A DNA stretch of 64,000 nt from Escherichia coli (lineage in GTDB: Bacteria > Pseudomonadota > Gammaproteobacteria > Enterobacterales > Enterobacteriaceae), in the NCBI RefSeq assembly GCF_044324875.1, contig NZ_CP172185.1. One strand, 5' to 3'. Numbering within the stretch: the stretch's first letter is position 1; each line of letters begins with the position of its first letter. The position numbers were made by a program, and so were the translations under genes. Under the pieces are notes generated by a model, which was not told the DNA's origin, did not search any database, and saw nothing but the letters and a program-made list of their open reading frames with translations. Positions 1 to 10,518 of this stretch are shown one piece after another.

Positions 1-687
1 GAAACTACCGCCCTGCGCCCGGATTGCGCCATCATTGGCGAACCGACGTCACTACAACCGGTACGCGCACATAAAGGTCATATCTCTAACGCCATCCGTA
101 TTCAGGGCCAGTCGGGCCACTCCAGCGATCCAGCACGCGGAGTTAACGCTATCGAACTGATGCACGACGCCATCGGGCATATTTTGCAATTGCGCGATAA
201 GCTGAAAGAACGTTATCACTACGAAGCGTTTACCGTGCCATACCCTACGCTCAACCTCGGGCATATTCACGGTGGCGATGCATCTAACCGTATTTGCGCT
301 TGCTGTGAATTGCATATGGATATTCGTCCGCTACCGGGCATGACACTCAACGAGCTAAACGGTTTGCTCAACGACGCGCTGGCTCCGGTGAGCGAACGCT
401 GGCCGGGTCGTCTGACGGTCGACGAGCTGCATCCGCCGATCCCTGGCTATGAATGCCCACCAAATCATCAACTGGTTGAAGTGGTTGAGAAATTGCTCGG
501 AGCAAAGACCGAAGTGGTGAATTACTGTACCGAAGCGCCGTTTATTCAAACGTTATGCCCGACGCTGGTTCTGGGGCCGGGTTCCATCAATCAAGCCCAT
601 CAGCCTGATGAATATCTGGAGACGAGGTTTATCAAGCCCACCCGTGAGCTGATCACCCAGGTAATTCACCATTTTTGCTGGCATTAA
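1..687 (+). CDS. argE: Acetylornithine deacetylase ArgE, C-terminal 228 codons (5' end upstream of window)
   Basis: Frame 1 is open from base 1 to TAA 685-687; translation [17 protein letters not shown]...VIHHFCWH is recognisably the ArgE C-terminus; ORF track only shows the part from the first Met at 160. Confidence 0.92.
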   Translation, partial: ETTALRPDCAIIGEPTSLQPVRAHKGHISNAIRIQGQSGHSSDPARGVNAIELMHDAIGHILQLRDKLKERYHYEAFTVPYPTLNLGHIHGGDASNRICACCELHMDIRPLPGMTLNELNGLLNDALAPVSERWPGRLTVDELHPPIPGYECPPNHQLVEVVEKLLGAKTEVVNYCTEAPFIQTLCPTLVLGPGSINQAHQPDEYLETRFIKPTRELITQVIHHFCWH

Positions 688-725
688 AAAAGCAAATCAG
701 GCTGATGACAAAGCCATGCAAGCGC

Positions 726-776
726 ACGGACAGTCCCCTCGCCCCTTCGGGGAGAGGGTTAGGGTGAGGGGAAAAC
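726..776. repeat. GC-rich palindromic intergenic repeat (unit ~ cccctcgcccct..gggagagggttagggtgagggg), copy 1
   Basis: Near-identical units recur at 16271-16380 and 54770-54897 in both orientations; internal inverted symmetry (ccctcgcccc / ggggagaggg). Family name not asserted. Confidence 0.7.
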
Positions 777-1098
777 CGTGCCCATACTGACCCGTAAGCG
801 AGTTTGTCAGCAATCTCAAATGATGCCCAAATGGTAACTACAACTCATAACTCTTTGGTGTTACTTGAGGCGATTTTTTAACATTTCCATAAGTTACGCT
901 TATTTAAAGCGTCGTGAATTTAATGGCGTAAATTCCTGCTATTTATTCGTTTGCTGAAGCGATTTCGCAGCATTTGACGTCACCGCTTTTACGTGGCTTT
1001 ATAAAAGACGACGAAAAGCAAAGCCCGAGCATATTCGCGCCAATGCGACGTGAAGGATACAGGGCTATCAAACGATAAGATGGGGTGTCTGGGGTAAT

Positions 1099-3750
1099 AT
1101 GAACGAACAATATTCCGCATTGCGTAGTAATGTCAGTATGCTCGGCAAAGTGCTGGGAGAAACCATCAAGGATGCGTTGGGAGAACACATTCTTGAACGC
1201 GTAGAAACTATCCGTAAGTTGTCCAAATCTTCACGCGCTGGCAATGATGCTAACCGCCAGGAGTTGCTCACCACCTTACAAAATTTGTCGAACGACGAGC
1301 TGCTGCCCGTTGCGCGTGCGTTTAGTCAGTTTCTGAACCTGGCCAACACCGCCGAGCAATACCACAGCATTTCGCCGAAAGGCGAAGCTGCCAGCAACCC
1401 GGAAGTGATCGCCCGCACCCTGCGCAAACTGAAAAACCAGCCGGAACTGAGCGAAGACACCATCAAAAAAGCAGTGGAATCGCTGTCGCTGGAACTGGTC
1501 CTCACGGCTCACCCAACCGAAATTACCCGTCGTACACTGATCCACAAAATGGTGGAAGTGAACGCCTGTTTAAAACAGCTCGATAACAAAGATATCGCTG
1601 ACTACGAACACAACCAGCTGATGCGCCGCCTGCGCCAGTTGATCGCCCAGTCATGGCATACCGATGAAATCCGTAAGCTGCGTCCAAGCCCGGTAGATGA
1701 AGCCAAATGGGGCTTTGCCGTAGTAGAAAACAGCCTGTGGCAAGGCGTACCGAATTACCTGCGCGAACTGAACGAACAACTGGAAGAGAATCTCGGCTAC
1801 AAACTGCCCGTCGAATTTGTTCCGGTCCGTTTTACCTCGTGGATGGGCGGTGACCGCGACGGCAACCCGAACGTCACTGCCGATATCACCCGCCACGTCC
1901 TGCTGCTCAGTCGCTGGAAAGCCACCGATCTGTTCCTGAAAGATATTCAGGTGCTGGTTTCTGAACTGTCGATGGTTGAAGCAACCCCTGAACTGCTGGC
2001 GCTGGTCGGCGAAGAAGGTGCCGCAGAGCCGTATCGCTATCTGATGAAAAACCTGCGTTCTCGCCTGATGGCGACACAGGCATGGCTGGAAGCGCGCCTG
2101 AAAGGCGAAGAACTGCCAAAACCAGAAGGCCTGCTGACACAAAACGAAGAACTGTGGGAACCGCTCTACGCTTGCTACCAGTCCCTTCAGGCATGTGGCA
2201 TGGGTATTATCGCCAACGGCGATCTGCTCGACACCCTGCGCCGCGTGAAATGTTTCGGCGTACCGCTGGTCCGTATTGATATCCGTCAGGAGAGCACCCG
2301 CCATACCGAAGCATTGGGCGAGCTGACCCGCTACCTCGGTATCGGCGACTACGAAAGCTGGTCAGAGGCCGACAAACAGGCGTTCCTGATCCGCGAACTG
2401 AATTCCAAACGTCCGCTTCTGCCGCGCAACTGGCAACCAAGCGCCGAAACGCGCGAAGTGCTCGATACCTGCCAGGTGATTGCCGAAGCGCCGCAAGGCT
2501 CCATTGCCGCCTACGTGATCTCGATGGCGAAAACGCCGTCCGACGTGCTGGCTGTCCACCTGCTGCTGAAAGAAGCGGGTATCGGGTTTGCGATGCCGGT
2601 TGCTCCGCTGTTTGAAACTCTCGATGACCTGAACAACGCCAACGATGTCATGACCCAGCTGCTGAATATCGACTGGTATCGCGGCCTGATTCAGGGCAAA
2701 CAGATGGTGATGATTGGCTATTCCGACTCAGCAAAAGATGCGGGCGTGATGGCGGCTTCCTGGGCGCAATATCAGGCACAGGATGCATTAATCAAAACCT
2801 GCGAAAAAGCGGGTATTGAACTGACGTTGTTCCACGGTCGCGGCGGTTCCATTGGTCGTGGCGGCGCACCTGCTCATGCGGCGCTGCTGTCACAACCGCC
2901 AGGAAGCCTGAAAGGCGGCCTGCGCGTGACTGAACAGGGCGAGATGATCCGCTTTAAATATGGTCTGCCAGAAATCACCGTCAGCAGCCTGTCGCTGTAC
3001 ACTGGGGCGATTCTGGAAGCCAACCTGCTGCCACCGCCTGAGCCGAAAGAGAGCTGGCGTCGCATTATGGATGAACTGTCAGTCATCTCCTGCGATCTCT
3101 ACCGTGGCTACGTACGTGAAAACAAAGATTTTGTGCCTTACTTCCGCTCCGCTACGCCGGAACAAGAATTGGGTAAACTGCCGTTGGGTTCACGTCCGGC
3201 GAAACGTCGCCCGACCGGCGGCGTCGAGTCGCTGCGCGCCATTCCGTGGATTTTTGCATGGACGCAAAACCGCCTGATGCTCCCCGCCTGGCTGGGTGCA
3301 GGTACGGCGCTGCAAAAAGTGGTCGAAGATGGCAAACAGAGCGAGCTGGAGGCTATGTGCCGCGATTGGCCATTCTTCTCGACGCGTCTCGGCATGCTGG
3401 AGATGGTCTTCGCCAAAGCAGACCTGTGGCTGGCGGAATACTATGACCAACGCCTGGTAGACAAAGCACTGTGGCCGTTAGGTAAAGAGTTACGCAATCT
3501 GCAAGAAGAAGACATCAAAGTGGTGCTGGCGATTGCCAACGATTCCCATCTGATGGCCGATCTGCCGTGGATTGCAGAGTCTATTCAGCTACGGAATATT
3601 TACACCGACCCGCTGAACGTATTGCAGGCCGAGTTGCTGCACCGCTCCCGCCAGGCAGAAAAAGAAGGCCATGAGCCGGATCCTCGCGTCGAGCAGGCGT
3701 TAATGGTCACTATTGCCGGGATTGCGGCAGGTATGCGTAATACCGGCTAA
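1099..3750 (+). CDS. ppc: Phosphoenolpyruvate carboxylase
   Basis: 883-aa ORF, ATG at 1099; translation [41 protein letters not shown]... matches Ppc as I recall it, full length. Confidence 0.97.
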   Translation: MNEQYSALRSNVSMLGKVLGETIKDALGEHILERVETIRKLSKSSRAGNDANRQELLTTLQNLSNDELLPVARAFSQFLNLANTAEQYHSISPKGEAASNPEVIARTLRKLKNQPELSEDTIKKAVESLSLELVLTAHPTEITRRTLIHKMVEVNACLKQLDNKDIADYEHNQLMRRLRQLIAQSWHTDEIRKLRPSPVDEAKWGFAVVENSLWQGVPNYLRELNEQLEENLGYKLPVEFVPVRFTSWMGGDRDGNPNVTADITRHVLLLSRWKATDLFLKDIQVLVSELSMVEATPELLALVGEEGAAEPYRYLMKNLRSRLMATQAWLEARLKGEELPKPEGLLTQNEELWEPLYACYQSLQACGMGIIANGDLLDTLRRVKCFGVPLVRIDIRQESTRHTEALGELTRYLGIGDYESWSEADKQAFLIRELNSKRPLLPRNWQPSAETREVLDTCQVIAEAPQGSIAAYVISMAKTPSDVLAVHLLLKEAGIGFAMPVAPLFETLDDLNNANDVMTQLLNIDWYRGLIQGKQMVMIGYSDSAKDAGVMAASWAQYQAQDALIKTCEKAGIELTLFHGRGGSIGRGGAPAHAALLSQPPGSLKGGLRVTEQGEMIRFKYGLPEITVSSLSLYTGAILEANLLPPPEPKESWRRIMDELSVISCDLYRGYVRENKDFVPYFRSATPEQELGKLPLGSRPAKRRPTGGVESLRAIPWIFAWTQNRLMLPAWLGAGTALQKVVEDGKQSELEAMCRDWPFFSTRLGMLEMVFAKADLWLAEYYDQRLVDKALWPLGKELRNLQEEDIKVVLAIANDSHLMADLPWIAESIQLRNIYTDPLNVLQAELLHRSRQAEKEGHEPDPRVEQALMVTIAGIAAGMRNTG

Positions 3751-3764
3751 TCTTCCTCTCCTGC

Positions 3765-3796
3765 AAACCCTCGTGCTTTTGCGCGAGGGTTTTCTG
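3765..3796 (+). terminator. Intrinsic terminator downstream of ppc
   Basis: Hairpin aaccctcg(3766-3773)/cgagggtt(3784-3791) followed by tttct. Confidence 0.65.
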
Positions 3797-3932
3797 AAAT
3801 ACTTCTGTTATAACACCCTCGTTTTCAATATATTTCTGTCTGCATTTTATTCAAATTCTGGATATCCCTTCAGATATCCTTAAGGAATTGTCGGTACATT
3901 CGGCGATATTTTTTTCAAGACAGGTTCTTACT

Positions 3933-5666
3933 ATGCATTCCACAGAAGTCCAGGCTAAACCTCTTTTTAGCTGGAAAGCCCTGGGTTGGGCACTGCTCTA
4001 CTTTTGGTTTTTCTCTACTCTGCTACAGGCCATTATTTACATCAGTGGTTATAGTGGCACTAATGGCATTCGCGACTCGCTGTTATTCAGTTCGCTGTGG
4101 TTGATCCCGGTATTCCTCTTTCCGAAGCGGATTAAAATTATTGCCGCAGTAATCGGCGTGGTGCTATGGGCGGCCTCTCTGGCGGCGCTGTGCTACTACG
4201 TCATCTACGGTCAGGAGTTCTCGCAGAGCGTTCTGTTTGTGATGTTTGAAACCAACACCAACGAAGCCAGCGAGTATTTAAGCCAGTATTTCAGCCTGAA
4301 AATTGTGCTTATCGCGCTGGCCTATACGGCGGTGGCAGTTCTGCTGTGGACACGCCTGCGCCCGGTCTATATTCCAAAGCCGTGGCGTTATGTTGTCTCT
4401 TTTGCCCTGCTTTATGGCTTGATTCTGCATCCGATCGCCATGAATACGTTTATCAAGAACAAGCCGTTTGAGAAAACGTTGGATAACCTGGCATCGCGTA
4501 TGGAGCCTGCCGCACCGTGGCAATTCCTGACCGGCTATTATCAGTATCGTCAGCAACTAAACTCGCTAACAAAGCTACTGAATGAAAATAATGCCTTGCC
4601 GCCGCTGGCTAATTTCAAAGATGAATCGGGTAACGAACCGCGCACCTTAGTGCTGGTAATTGGCGAATCGACCCAGCGTGGACGCATGAGTCTGTACGGT
4701 TATCCGCGTGAAACCACGCCGGAGCTGGATGCACTGCATAAAACCGATCCGAATCTGACCGTGTTTAATAACGTGGTGACGTCTCGTCCGTACACCATTG
4801 AAATCCTGCAACAGGCGCTGACCTTTGCCAATGAAAAGAACCCGGACCTGTACCTGACACAGCCGTCGCTGATGAACATGATGAAACAGGCGGGTTATAA
4901 AACCTTCTGGATCACCAACCAGCAGACGATGACCGCCCGCAATACCATGCTGACGGTATTTTCGCGCCAGACCGACAAGCAGTACTACATGAACCAGCAA
5001 CGTACGCAGAGTGCGCGTGAATACGACACCAACGTGCTGAAGCCGTTCCAGGAAGTGCTGAATGACCCTGCGCCGAAGAAACTGATCATCGTTCATCTGC
5101 TGGGTACGCATATCAAATACAAATACCGCTACCCGGAAAATCAGGGCAAGTTTGATGGCAATACCGATCATGTTCCGCCGGGATTAAACGCGGAAGAGCT
5201 GGAGTCATATAACGATTATGACAACGCTAACCTGTATAACGATCATGTGGTTGCCAGCCTGATTAAAGACTTTAAAGCAGCAGACCCGAACGGTTTCCTG
5301 GTTTACTTCTCTGACCACGGTGAAGAGGTTTACGACACGCCGCCGCACAAAACTCAGGGGCGTAACGAAGACAACCCGACGCGTCATATGTACACCATTC
5401 CGTTCCTGCTGTGGACGTCGGAAAAATGGCAAGCGGCTCATCCGCGTGATTTCTCACAGGATGTTGATCGTAAATACAGCCTTGCGGAACTGATCCACAC
5501 CTGGTCAGATTTGGCGGGCTTATCTTACGACGGTTACGATCCAACCCGTTCAGTGGTGAATCCGCAGTTCAAAGAAACTACCCGCTGGATTGGTAACCCG
5601 TACAAGAAAAACGCGCTGATCGATTACGACACGCTGCCATATGGCGACCAGGTAGGTAATCAGTAA
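3933..5666 (+). CDS. eptC: Phosphoethanolamine transferase EptC (YijP)
   Basis: ORF track starts at a TTG (3888); internal ATG at 3933 gives 577 aa starting MHSTEVQAKPLFSWKALGW..., the length I recall for EptC; N-terminal TM region plus sulfatase-like C-terminal domain. Confidence 0.9.
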   Translation: MHSTEVQAKPLFSWKALGWALLYFWFFSTLLQAIIYISGYSGTNGIRDSLLFSSLWLIPVFLFPKRIKIIAAVIGVVLWAASLAALCYYVIYGQEFSQSVLFVMFETNTNEASEYLSQYFSLKIVLIALAYTAVAVLLWTRLRPVYIPKPWRYVVSFALLYGLILHPIAMNTFIKNKPFEKTLDNLASRMEPAAPWQFLTGYYQYRQQLNSLTKLLNENNALPPLANFKDESGNEPRTLVLVIGESTQRGRMSLYGYPRETTPELDALHKTDPNLTVFNNVVTSRPYTIEILQQALTFANEKNPDLYLTQPSLMNMMKQAGYKTFWITNQQTMTARNTMLTVFSRQTDKQYYMNQQRTQSAREYDTNVLKPFQEVLNDPAPKKLIIVHLLGTHIKYKYRYPENQGKFDGNTDHVPPGLNAEELESYNDYDNANLYNDHVVASLIKDFKAADPNGFLVYFSDHGEEVYDTPPHKTQGRNEDNPTRHMYTIPFLLWTSEKWQAAHPRDFSQDVDRKYSLAELIHTWSDLAGLSYDGYDPTRSVVNPQFKETTRWIGNPYKKNALIDYDTLPYGDQVGNQ

Positions 5667-5740
5667 ATGACCTTTGTATCGCGTCTGGCGCTATTTGCCG
5701 GATGCGATACTGCCGCAATGTTTACATCGAACTCCCCTCA

Positions 5741-5768
5741 GGCCACACTTTTCAGGTGGCCTTTTTTA
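5741..5768 (+). terminator. Intrinsic terminator downstream of eptC
   Basis: Hairpin ggccac(5741-5746)...gtggcc(5756-5761) followed by tttttt. Confidence 0.7.
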
Positions 5769-5814
5769 ATAATGCCAGTTACTGTTTTCCCGTCTACATA
5801 CCTAAGGGAATAAC

Positions 5815-6666
5815 ATGTATCACGACGTCAGCTATCTGCTCTCCCGCCTGATCAACGGCCCGCTGTCCCTGCGCCAGATTTACTTTGCCAGCAGTAACGG
5901 CCCGGTGCCCGATCTTGCGTATCAGGTCGATTTTCCACGGCTGGAAATTGTGCTGGAAGGTGAGTTTGTTGATACCGGTGCTGGAGCAACGTTAGTTCCC
6001 GGCGATGTGCTGTACGTTCCTGCTGGTGGCTGGAATTTTCCACAATGGCAAGCCCCCGCCACTACCTTTAGCGTGCTGTTTGGCAAACAGCAACTCGGCT
6101 TCAGCGTCGTGCAATGGGATGGCAAACAATATCAAAATCTGGCGAAGCAACACGTCGCCCGGCGCGGCCCACGCATAGGTTCTTTTCTGCTACAAACGCT
6201 CAATGAAATGCAAATGCAGCCGCAGGAGCAGCAAACGGCAAGGCTTATCGTCGCCAGCCTGCTTAGCCACTGCCGCGATTTGCTCGGCAGCCAAATCCAG
6301 ACCGCCTCACGCAGCCAGGCACTATTTGAAGCTATTCGCGATTATATCGACGAACGCTATGCCTCCGCGCTTACCCGCGAATCTGTTGCACAGGCGTTTT
6401 ATATTTCACCAAATTACCTCTCGCACCTGTTTCAAAAAACGGGGGCCATTGGTTTTAACGAATACCTGAATCACACGCGACTGGAGCACGCTAAGACGTT
6501 ATTGAAAGGCTATGACCTGAAGGTAAAAGAAGTGGCGCACGCCTGCGGCTTTGTCGACAGCAACTACTTCTGCCGTCTGTTTCGTAAAAATACCGAACGC
6601 TCACCGTCGGAATATCGTCGGCAGTACCACAGCCAACTGACAGAAAAACCGACTACTCCAGAATGA
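5815..6666 (+). CDS. yijO: AraC-family transcriptional regulator YijO
   Basis: 283-aa ORF; C-terminal AraC-type HTH (…SPNYLSHLFQKTGAIGFNEYLNHTRLEHAKTLL…); RBS aaggga at 5803-5808; position matches K-12 order. Confidence 0.88.
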   Translation: MYHDVSYLLSRLINGPLSLRQIYFASSNGPVPDLAYQVDFPRLEIVLEGEFVDTGAGATLVPGDVLYVPAGGWNFPQWQAPATTFSVLFGKQQLGFSVVQWDGKQYQNLAKQHVARRGPRIGSFLLQTLNEMQMQPQEQQTARLIVASLLSHCRDLLGSQIQTASRSQALFEAIRDYIDERYASALTRESVAQAFYISPNYLSHLFQKTGAIGFNEYLNHTRLEHAKTLLKGYDLKVKEVAHACGFVDSNYFCRLFRKNTERSPSEYRRQYHSQLTEKPTTPE

Positions 6667-6994
6667 GATGGGTTTGCTGCGGCGCAGAAAGCACTTTGCG
6701 CACCGCGCTCATCACCCGCTGCGGCTCACGCAGGAATGCGTAGATGCTGCATTGCACATAGCGGCAATGGTCAAATCGCTCAGCACCGGCAAGCTCGATA
6801 TCCGTAATTAACAGAGCAACATCCGCCCGACGGATATCCTCGTCCGCTAAACGATTCTCCGTTCCCAGCGCGCCCTGAGTTTCAATGCTGACGCCCCGCT
6901 TCTCTAACAGGCACAACTTTTCCAGCCGTTCCGCCGCCATATAAGTATGCGCCACGCCGCTTACGCAGGCGGTTACTGCCACCAGGTATGCCAT
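6653..6994 (-). CDS. frwD: PTS fructose-like EIIB component 3
   Basis: Internal ATG (rc of 6992-6994) gives 113 aa MAYLVAVTACVSGVAHTYMAAERLEK...; PTS EIIB Cys motif; ORF-track start is an upstream extension. Confidence 0.85.
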   Translation of the reverse strand: MAYLVAVTACVSGVAHTYMAAERLEKLCLLEKRGVSIETQGALGTENRLADEDIRRADVALLITDIELAGAERFDHCRYVQCSIYAFLREPQRVMSAVRKVLSAPQQTHLILE

Positions 6995-6995
6995 T

Positions 6996-7874
6996 TTAAC
7001 CTCCCACGGTAACCTGAAATCCGGCCCGCTCTGCCATTTCACGCATCGTTGCCACATCGACTGACGACGGCGCAGGCACCTCTTTCATCGACCATGTTTT
7101 CCCCAGCAGGCGGTATTTCGGTTCGCCGTACTGATGAAACGGTAACAGATGGATCTGCCTGATATTCAGCGGGATCAGCACGTCCAGCGCCTGCTGCATA
7201 TTCTCCCGGCTGAGCGTGAAACCAGGGATCAGCGGTAAACGCGGGATCACGTTGACGCCCTCACTCACCAGCAAACGCAGATTCTCCAGCACGCGTGGCA
7301 GGTTCATCTTCACCACATCCCGCGCCTGAGTCGCGTCCATAATTTTTAAATCGAACAACACTTCATCGCACAATTTCGCCAGCGGTAACAGCTTGCTAGC
7401 TGGCGCGTCTCCGGCAGTTTCAATGGCGCATGACACGCCCCACAACCGCAGCCGCTGTAAAAAACGGGTAGCAAACTCCGCCTGCATTAACACTTCGCCG
7501 CCAGAAAGCGTGACGCCGCCGCCGGACGTGCGAAAGAAAATGTCATCTTTCATCACTTCCCGTTCCAGCGCGTCAAGGCTGATATCGCGGCCAATCCGTT
7601 CAAACGCCCCGGAGGGGCATTCATCCGCATCACGCAAACATTTCGCACAGTGCAGACATTTCGCCTCTCTGCGTACCGTCTGGATTTTGCCGGAGATCGA
7701 CTCCGGATTAGCACACCATGGGCAAAGATGCGGACAGCCTTTAAAAAAGACCACCGTACGAATGCCCTCGCCGTCATTCAGTGAATAACGCTGAATGTTG
7801 AAAATGCGCGCCACATCATTGCGGCGCGTTTCCACAACGTTACAGCTGATGCGCTGTCCGGCGGATGATGTCAT
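6996..7874 (-). CDS. pflC: Pyruvate formate-lyase 2 activating enzyme (radical SAM)
   Basis: Internal ATG at 7874 gives 292 aa MTSSAGQRISCNVVETRR...; radical-SAM CxxxCxxC (CPHLCPWC); overlaps pflD 3' end by 35 nt. Confidence 0.88.
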   Translation of the reverse strand: MTSSAGQRISCNVVETRRNDVARIFNIQRYSLNDGEGIRTVVFFKGCPHLCPWCANPESISGKIQTVRREAKCLHCAKCLRDADECPSGAFERIGRDISLDALEREVMKDDIFFRTSGGGVTLSGGEVLMQAEFATRFLQRLRLWGVSCAIETAGDAPASKLLPLAKLCDEVLFDLKIMDATQARDVVKMNLPRVLENLRLLVSEGVNVIPRLPLIPGFTLSRENMQQALDVLIPLNIRQIHLLPFHQYGEPKYRLLGKTWSMKEVPAPSSVDVATMREMAERAGFQVTVGG

Positions 7875-10137
7875 CCTGGATCTCCTTCGACAATTCGACA
7901 AAGAAGGCGCTGTATCCGGCAACGCGCACCACCAGCCCGGCATAATCTTGTGGGCGCTGTTGCGCTTCCCGCAACGTGTCGGCGTTCACCACGTTAAACT
8001 GAATGTGTTGTAACTTAAGCTGGGTAAATGCCCGTAAGAAGTCGGCCAGTTTGCGTAATCCCGCTTCACCTTCCAGGGTCGCCGGAGTGAATTTCACGTT
8101 CAGCAACGTACCGTTAGACAGCAGCGTATTATCGAGCTTACTGACTGACTTCAGTACCGCCGTTGGCCCTTGTGCGTCCTGACCCAGCATAGGTGACAAG
8201 CCGCCGTCTGCCAGTTGTTCCCCGGCAAAACGACCGTCTGGCGTCGCGCCAACCACCGATCCCAACGGGACGTGAGCAGAAACGGTATACGATCCTGGCG
8301 TGAAGTAGCCGCCGCGCGGGTTCTGGTATTTTTCCACTTCTTTGCAGTAGTGGCGTAACAGTTCGGCGCTGATGTTATCCACCTCGTCGATATCGTTACC
8401 GTATTTCTCGAAGCGGTTAATTAAGCGAGCGCGGACTTTTTCGCCTTCTGGCGTTGCGAAGTTGGCTTTTAATACCGACAGCAATTCGTCAAAACTTAAA
8501 CGCTGTTGATCAAAAATCATCCCTTTCAACGCATGGAGAGAATCGCTCAGGTTGGCGATACCGATCCCCTGTACGCCGGAGAAGTTATAACGCGCGCCGC
8601 CATCGGTAATATCGCGACCTTTTTCCAGACAATCGCTGATAAAAGACGAGAGCAGCGGTACAGGTGCCCAGTCGCGATGGCCGATATCACAAATATTGCT
8701 GCCCTCTACCATCAGGGTGATGTAGTGGCTGATCTTGGCGCGGATCTGTTCCAGTAAACCTTCATAAGTCAGCGCAGCGTTACCTTCATTTTCATGCAGG
8801 CAGATTTCCATCACTTTCAGCAGGTTAAACATCGCGATGTCATGCAAGCCGTAGGTTCTGCCGGGAATAGATAATTCCACGCAGCCCACTACGGAATAGT
8901 CGCGCGCATCTTCCAGCGAAACGCCACGGTTGAGGAACGCTGGCACCACCACTTCATCGTTAAAGATTTGCGGAATACCGGTACCGAGGCGAATAGTTTC
9001 TGCGGTTTTCATCAGGAACGGCGTGTCGATCAAGGCGTTAGTGCGCACCCCCAGGTTCGGTTGCGGTAATTGCACACTTTGATAGGCGTCGAGACAGAGG
9101 AACGAAAGTACGTTCACCGCGCTACGTCCGTTCTCGGTTAACCCGCCGAGCAGTGCGGTATAGCCGGTCGGGAAACCGGCGAAATAACGCGCGCTACTGG
9201 TGGAGCGCAACAGCACGATGTCGTTGCATTTCACCCATAAAGATTCGAGCAGTTCTTTCAGGAACGCCGGATCTTCGCCCTGGGTTAATGATGCCTGATA
9301 GAACGGCAACATATACTGGTCGAAGCGCCCTAAAGACAGAGAACTGGCGTTGGATTCGTATTGCAGAATGATGTTCATGTACCAGAATAACTGGCACGCC
9401 TGCCAGAACGTCTGCGGCTTATGTTCGGCGTTATGGCGGGAGATCTCCGCAATAGTCAGCAGTTCTTCGCGACGCTGGGCATCTGTGCAGTTTGCCGCCA
9501 TCGTTTCCGCCAGTTCAGCGTAACGCAGAATGTGTTTCCGCGAGGCTTCCAGCAGTAACAGCGCTGCCTGATAAAAGTGATTCTCCGGCTGTTGCTGACA
9601 ATGTTGCTGCATCTGTGCCACCAGCTCACCCAGCCCGTGATTCAGCAGGCGCGGGTAATCAATAATAATGTGCCCCTGGCCTTTATCCGTCTGGTTGATG
9701 CTGAAAATCTGCGTGCTGGTCGCGGCTTTTACTTCATCCGTCATCTGCCCGTTAATGAAATCTTTCATCGAACGTTTTTCCCAGTACGGGAACAACTCTT
9801 CGCGGTAGATACGTTTATCTTCTTCGCTGATAGCAAAGCGGTCCTGCGGACGCGTCGGGAATTGATCCAGCTCTTTCAGCAGCCAGTAAGGGTCCATTTC
9901 CGGCGACATAATTCCGGCGCGCGGTTTCACCGTACGGTTACCGGCAATCAGTTCTTCATCACGAATCGAAATTTCAACATGTTCAAGGATATGCGCTGTT
10001 GCTTTCGCCCGGCGCAATATCACCGGTTCGCCTTCGGTTTGCCGATGGCTGGCGGTATAAAGCAGCGCCCGCTCCAGCGAGATTTCACGGGTATTGGCAA
10101 ACAGTGCAGTTTTGAGGCGAGAGATACGATTCGTCAT
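7840..10137 (-). CDS. pflD: Formate acetyltransferase 2 (glycyl-radical enzyme)
   Basis: 765-aa ORF MTNRISRLKTALFANTREISLERALLYT...; glycyl-radical motif region near C-terminus (RVAGYSAFF); ATG at 10137. Confidence 0.95.
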   Translation of the reverse strand: MTNRISRLKTALFANTREISLERALLYTASHRQTEGEPVILRRAKATAHILEHVEISIRDEELIAGNRTVKPRAGIMSPEMDPYWLLKELDQFPTRPQDRFAISEEDKRIYREELFPYWEKRSMKDFINGQMTDEVKAATSTQIFSINQTDKGQGHIIIDYPRLLNHGLGELVAQMQQHCQQQPENHFYQAALLLLEASRKHILRYAELAETMAANCTDAQRREELLTIAEISRHNAEHKPQTFWQACQLFWYMNIILQYESNASSLSLGRFDQYMLPFYQASLTQGEDPAFLKELLESLWVKCNDIVLLRSTSSARYFAGFPTGYTALLGGLTENGRSAVNVLSFLCLDAYQSVQLPQPNLGVRTNALIDTPFLMKTAETIRLGTGIPQIFNDEVVVPAFLNRGVSLEDARDYSVVGCVELSIPGRTYGLHDIAMFNLLKVMEICLHENEGNAALTYEGLLEQIRAKISHYITLMVEGSNICDIGHRDWAPVPLLSSFISDCLEKGRDITDGGARYNFSGVQGIGIANLSDSLHALKGMIFDQQRLSFDELLSVLKANFATPEGEKVRARLINRFEKYGNDIDEVDNISAELLRHYCKEVEKYQNPRGGYFTPGSYTVSAHVPLGSVVGATPDGRFAGEQLADGGLSPMLGQDAQGPTAVLKSVSKLDNTLLSNGTLLNVKFTPATLEGEAGLRKLADFLRAFTQLKLQHIQFNVVNADTLREAQQRPQDYAGLVVRVAGYSAFFVELSKEIQDDIIRRTAHQL

Positions 10138-10187
10138 GAGGAACTCCTGTGGGAAAGCGAACCCGCCCTTACGGGCGGGATAAGAAC

Positions 10188-10508
10188 TTAAGCGGTTTGT
10201 GCCAGGTGAGCTTCAATTTTGCTCATAATGGCATCAGCGCGTTTTACCGCGTCGCTGATGTTGACGCGCACGATGGTCTTGCCAGCAAAACGCTCTTCAA
10301 ACTTGATGCCGATATCTTTGGTCAGAATCACCATATCGGCGCTCGCCACGTCTTCCGCAGTCAGTTCATTTTCCAGACCAATCGAGCCCTGGGTTTCTAC
10401 TTTCACTTCCCAGCCTTTCGCTTTCGCGGCACTTTCCAGCGCCTCTGCCGCCATATAGGTATGGGCAACACCAGATGGACACGCGGTTACTGCAATAATT
10501 TTCGTCAT
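10188..10508 (-). CDS. frwB: PTS fructose-like EIIB component 2
   Basis: Internal ATG at 10508 gives 106 aa MTKIIAVTACPSGVAHTYMAAEALE...; paralogous to frwD. Confidence 0.85.
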   Translation of the reverse strand: MTKIIAVTACPSGVAHTYMAAEALESAAKAKGWEVKVETQGSIGLENELTAEDVASADMVILTKDIGIKFEERFAGKTIVRVNISDAVKRADAIMSKIEAHLAQTA

Positions 10509-10518
10509 GGCTCGTTCC

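Noticed and set aside
1651-2304. 217-aa minus-strand ORF (and others at 1276-1545, 1907-2194) inside ppc
   Set aside because: Entirely antisense to a full-length, well-conserved ppc reading frame; typical of long spurious frames in GC-rich coding DNA; no RBS or independent start context
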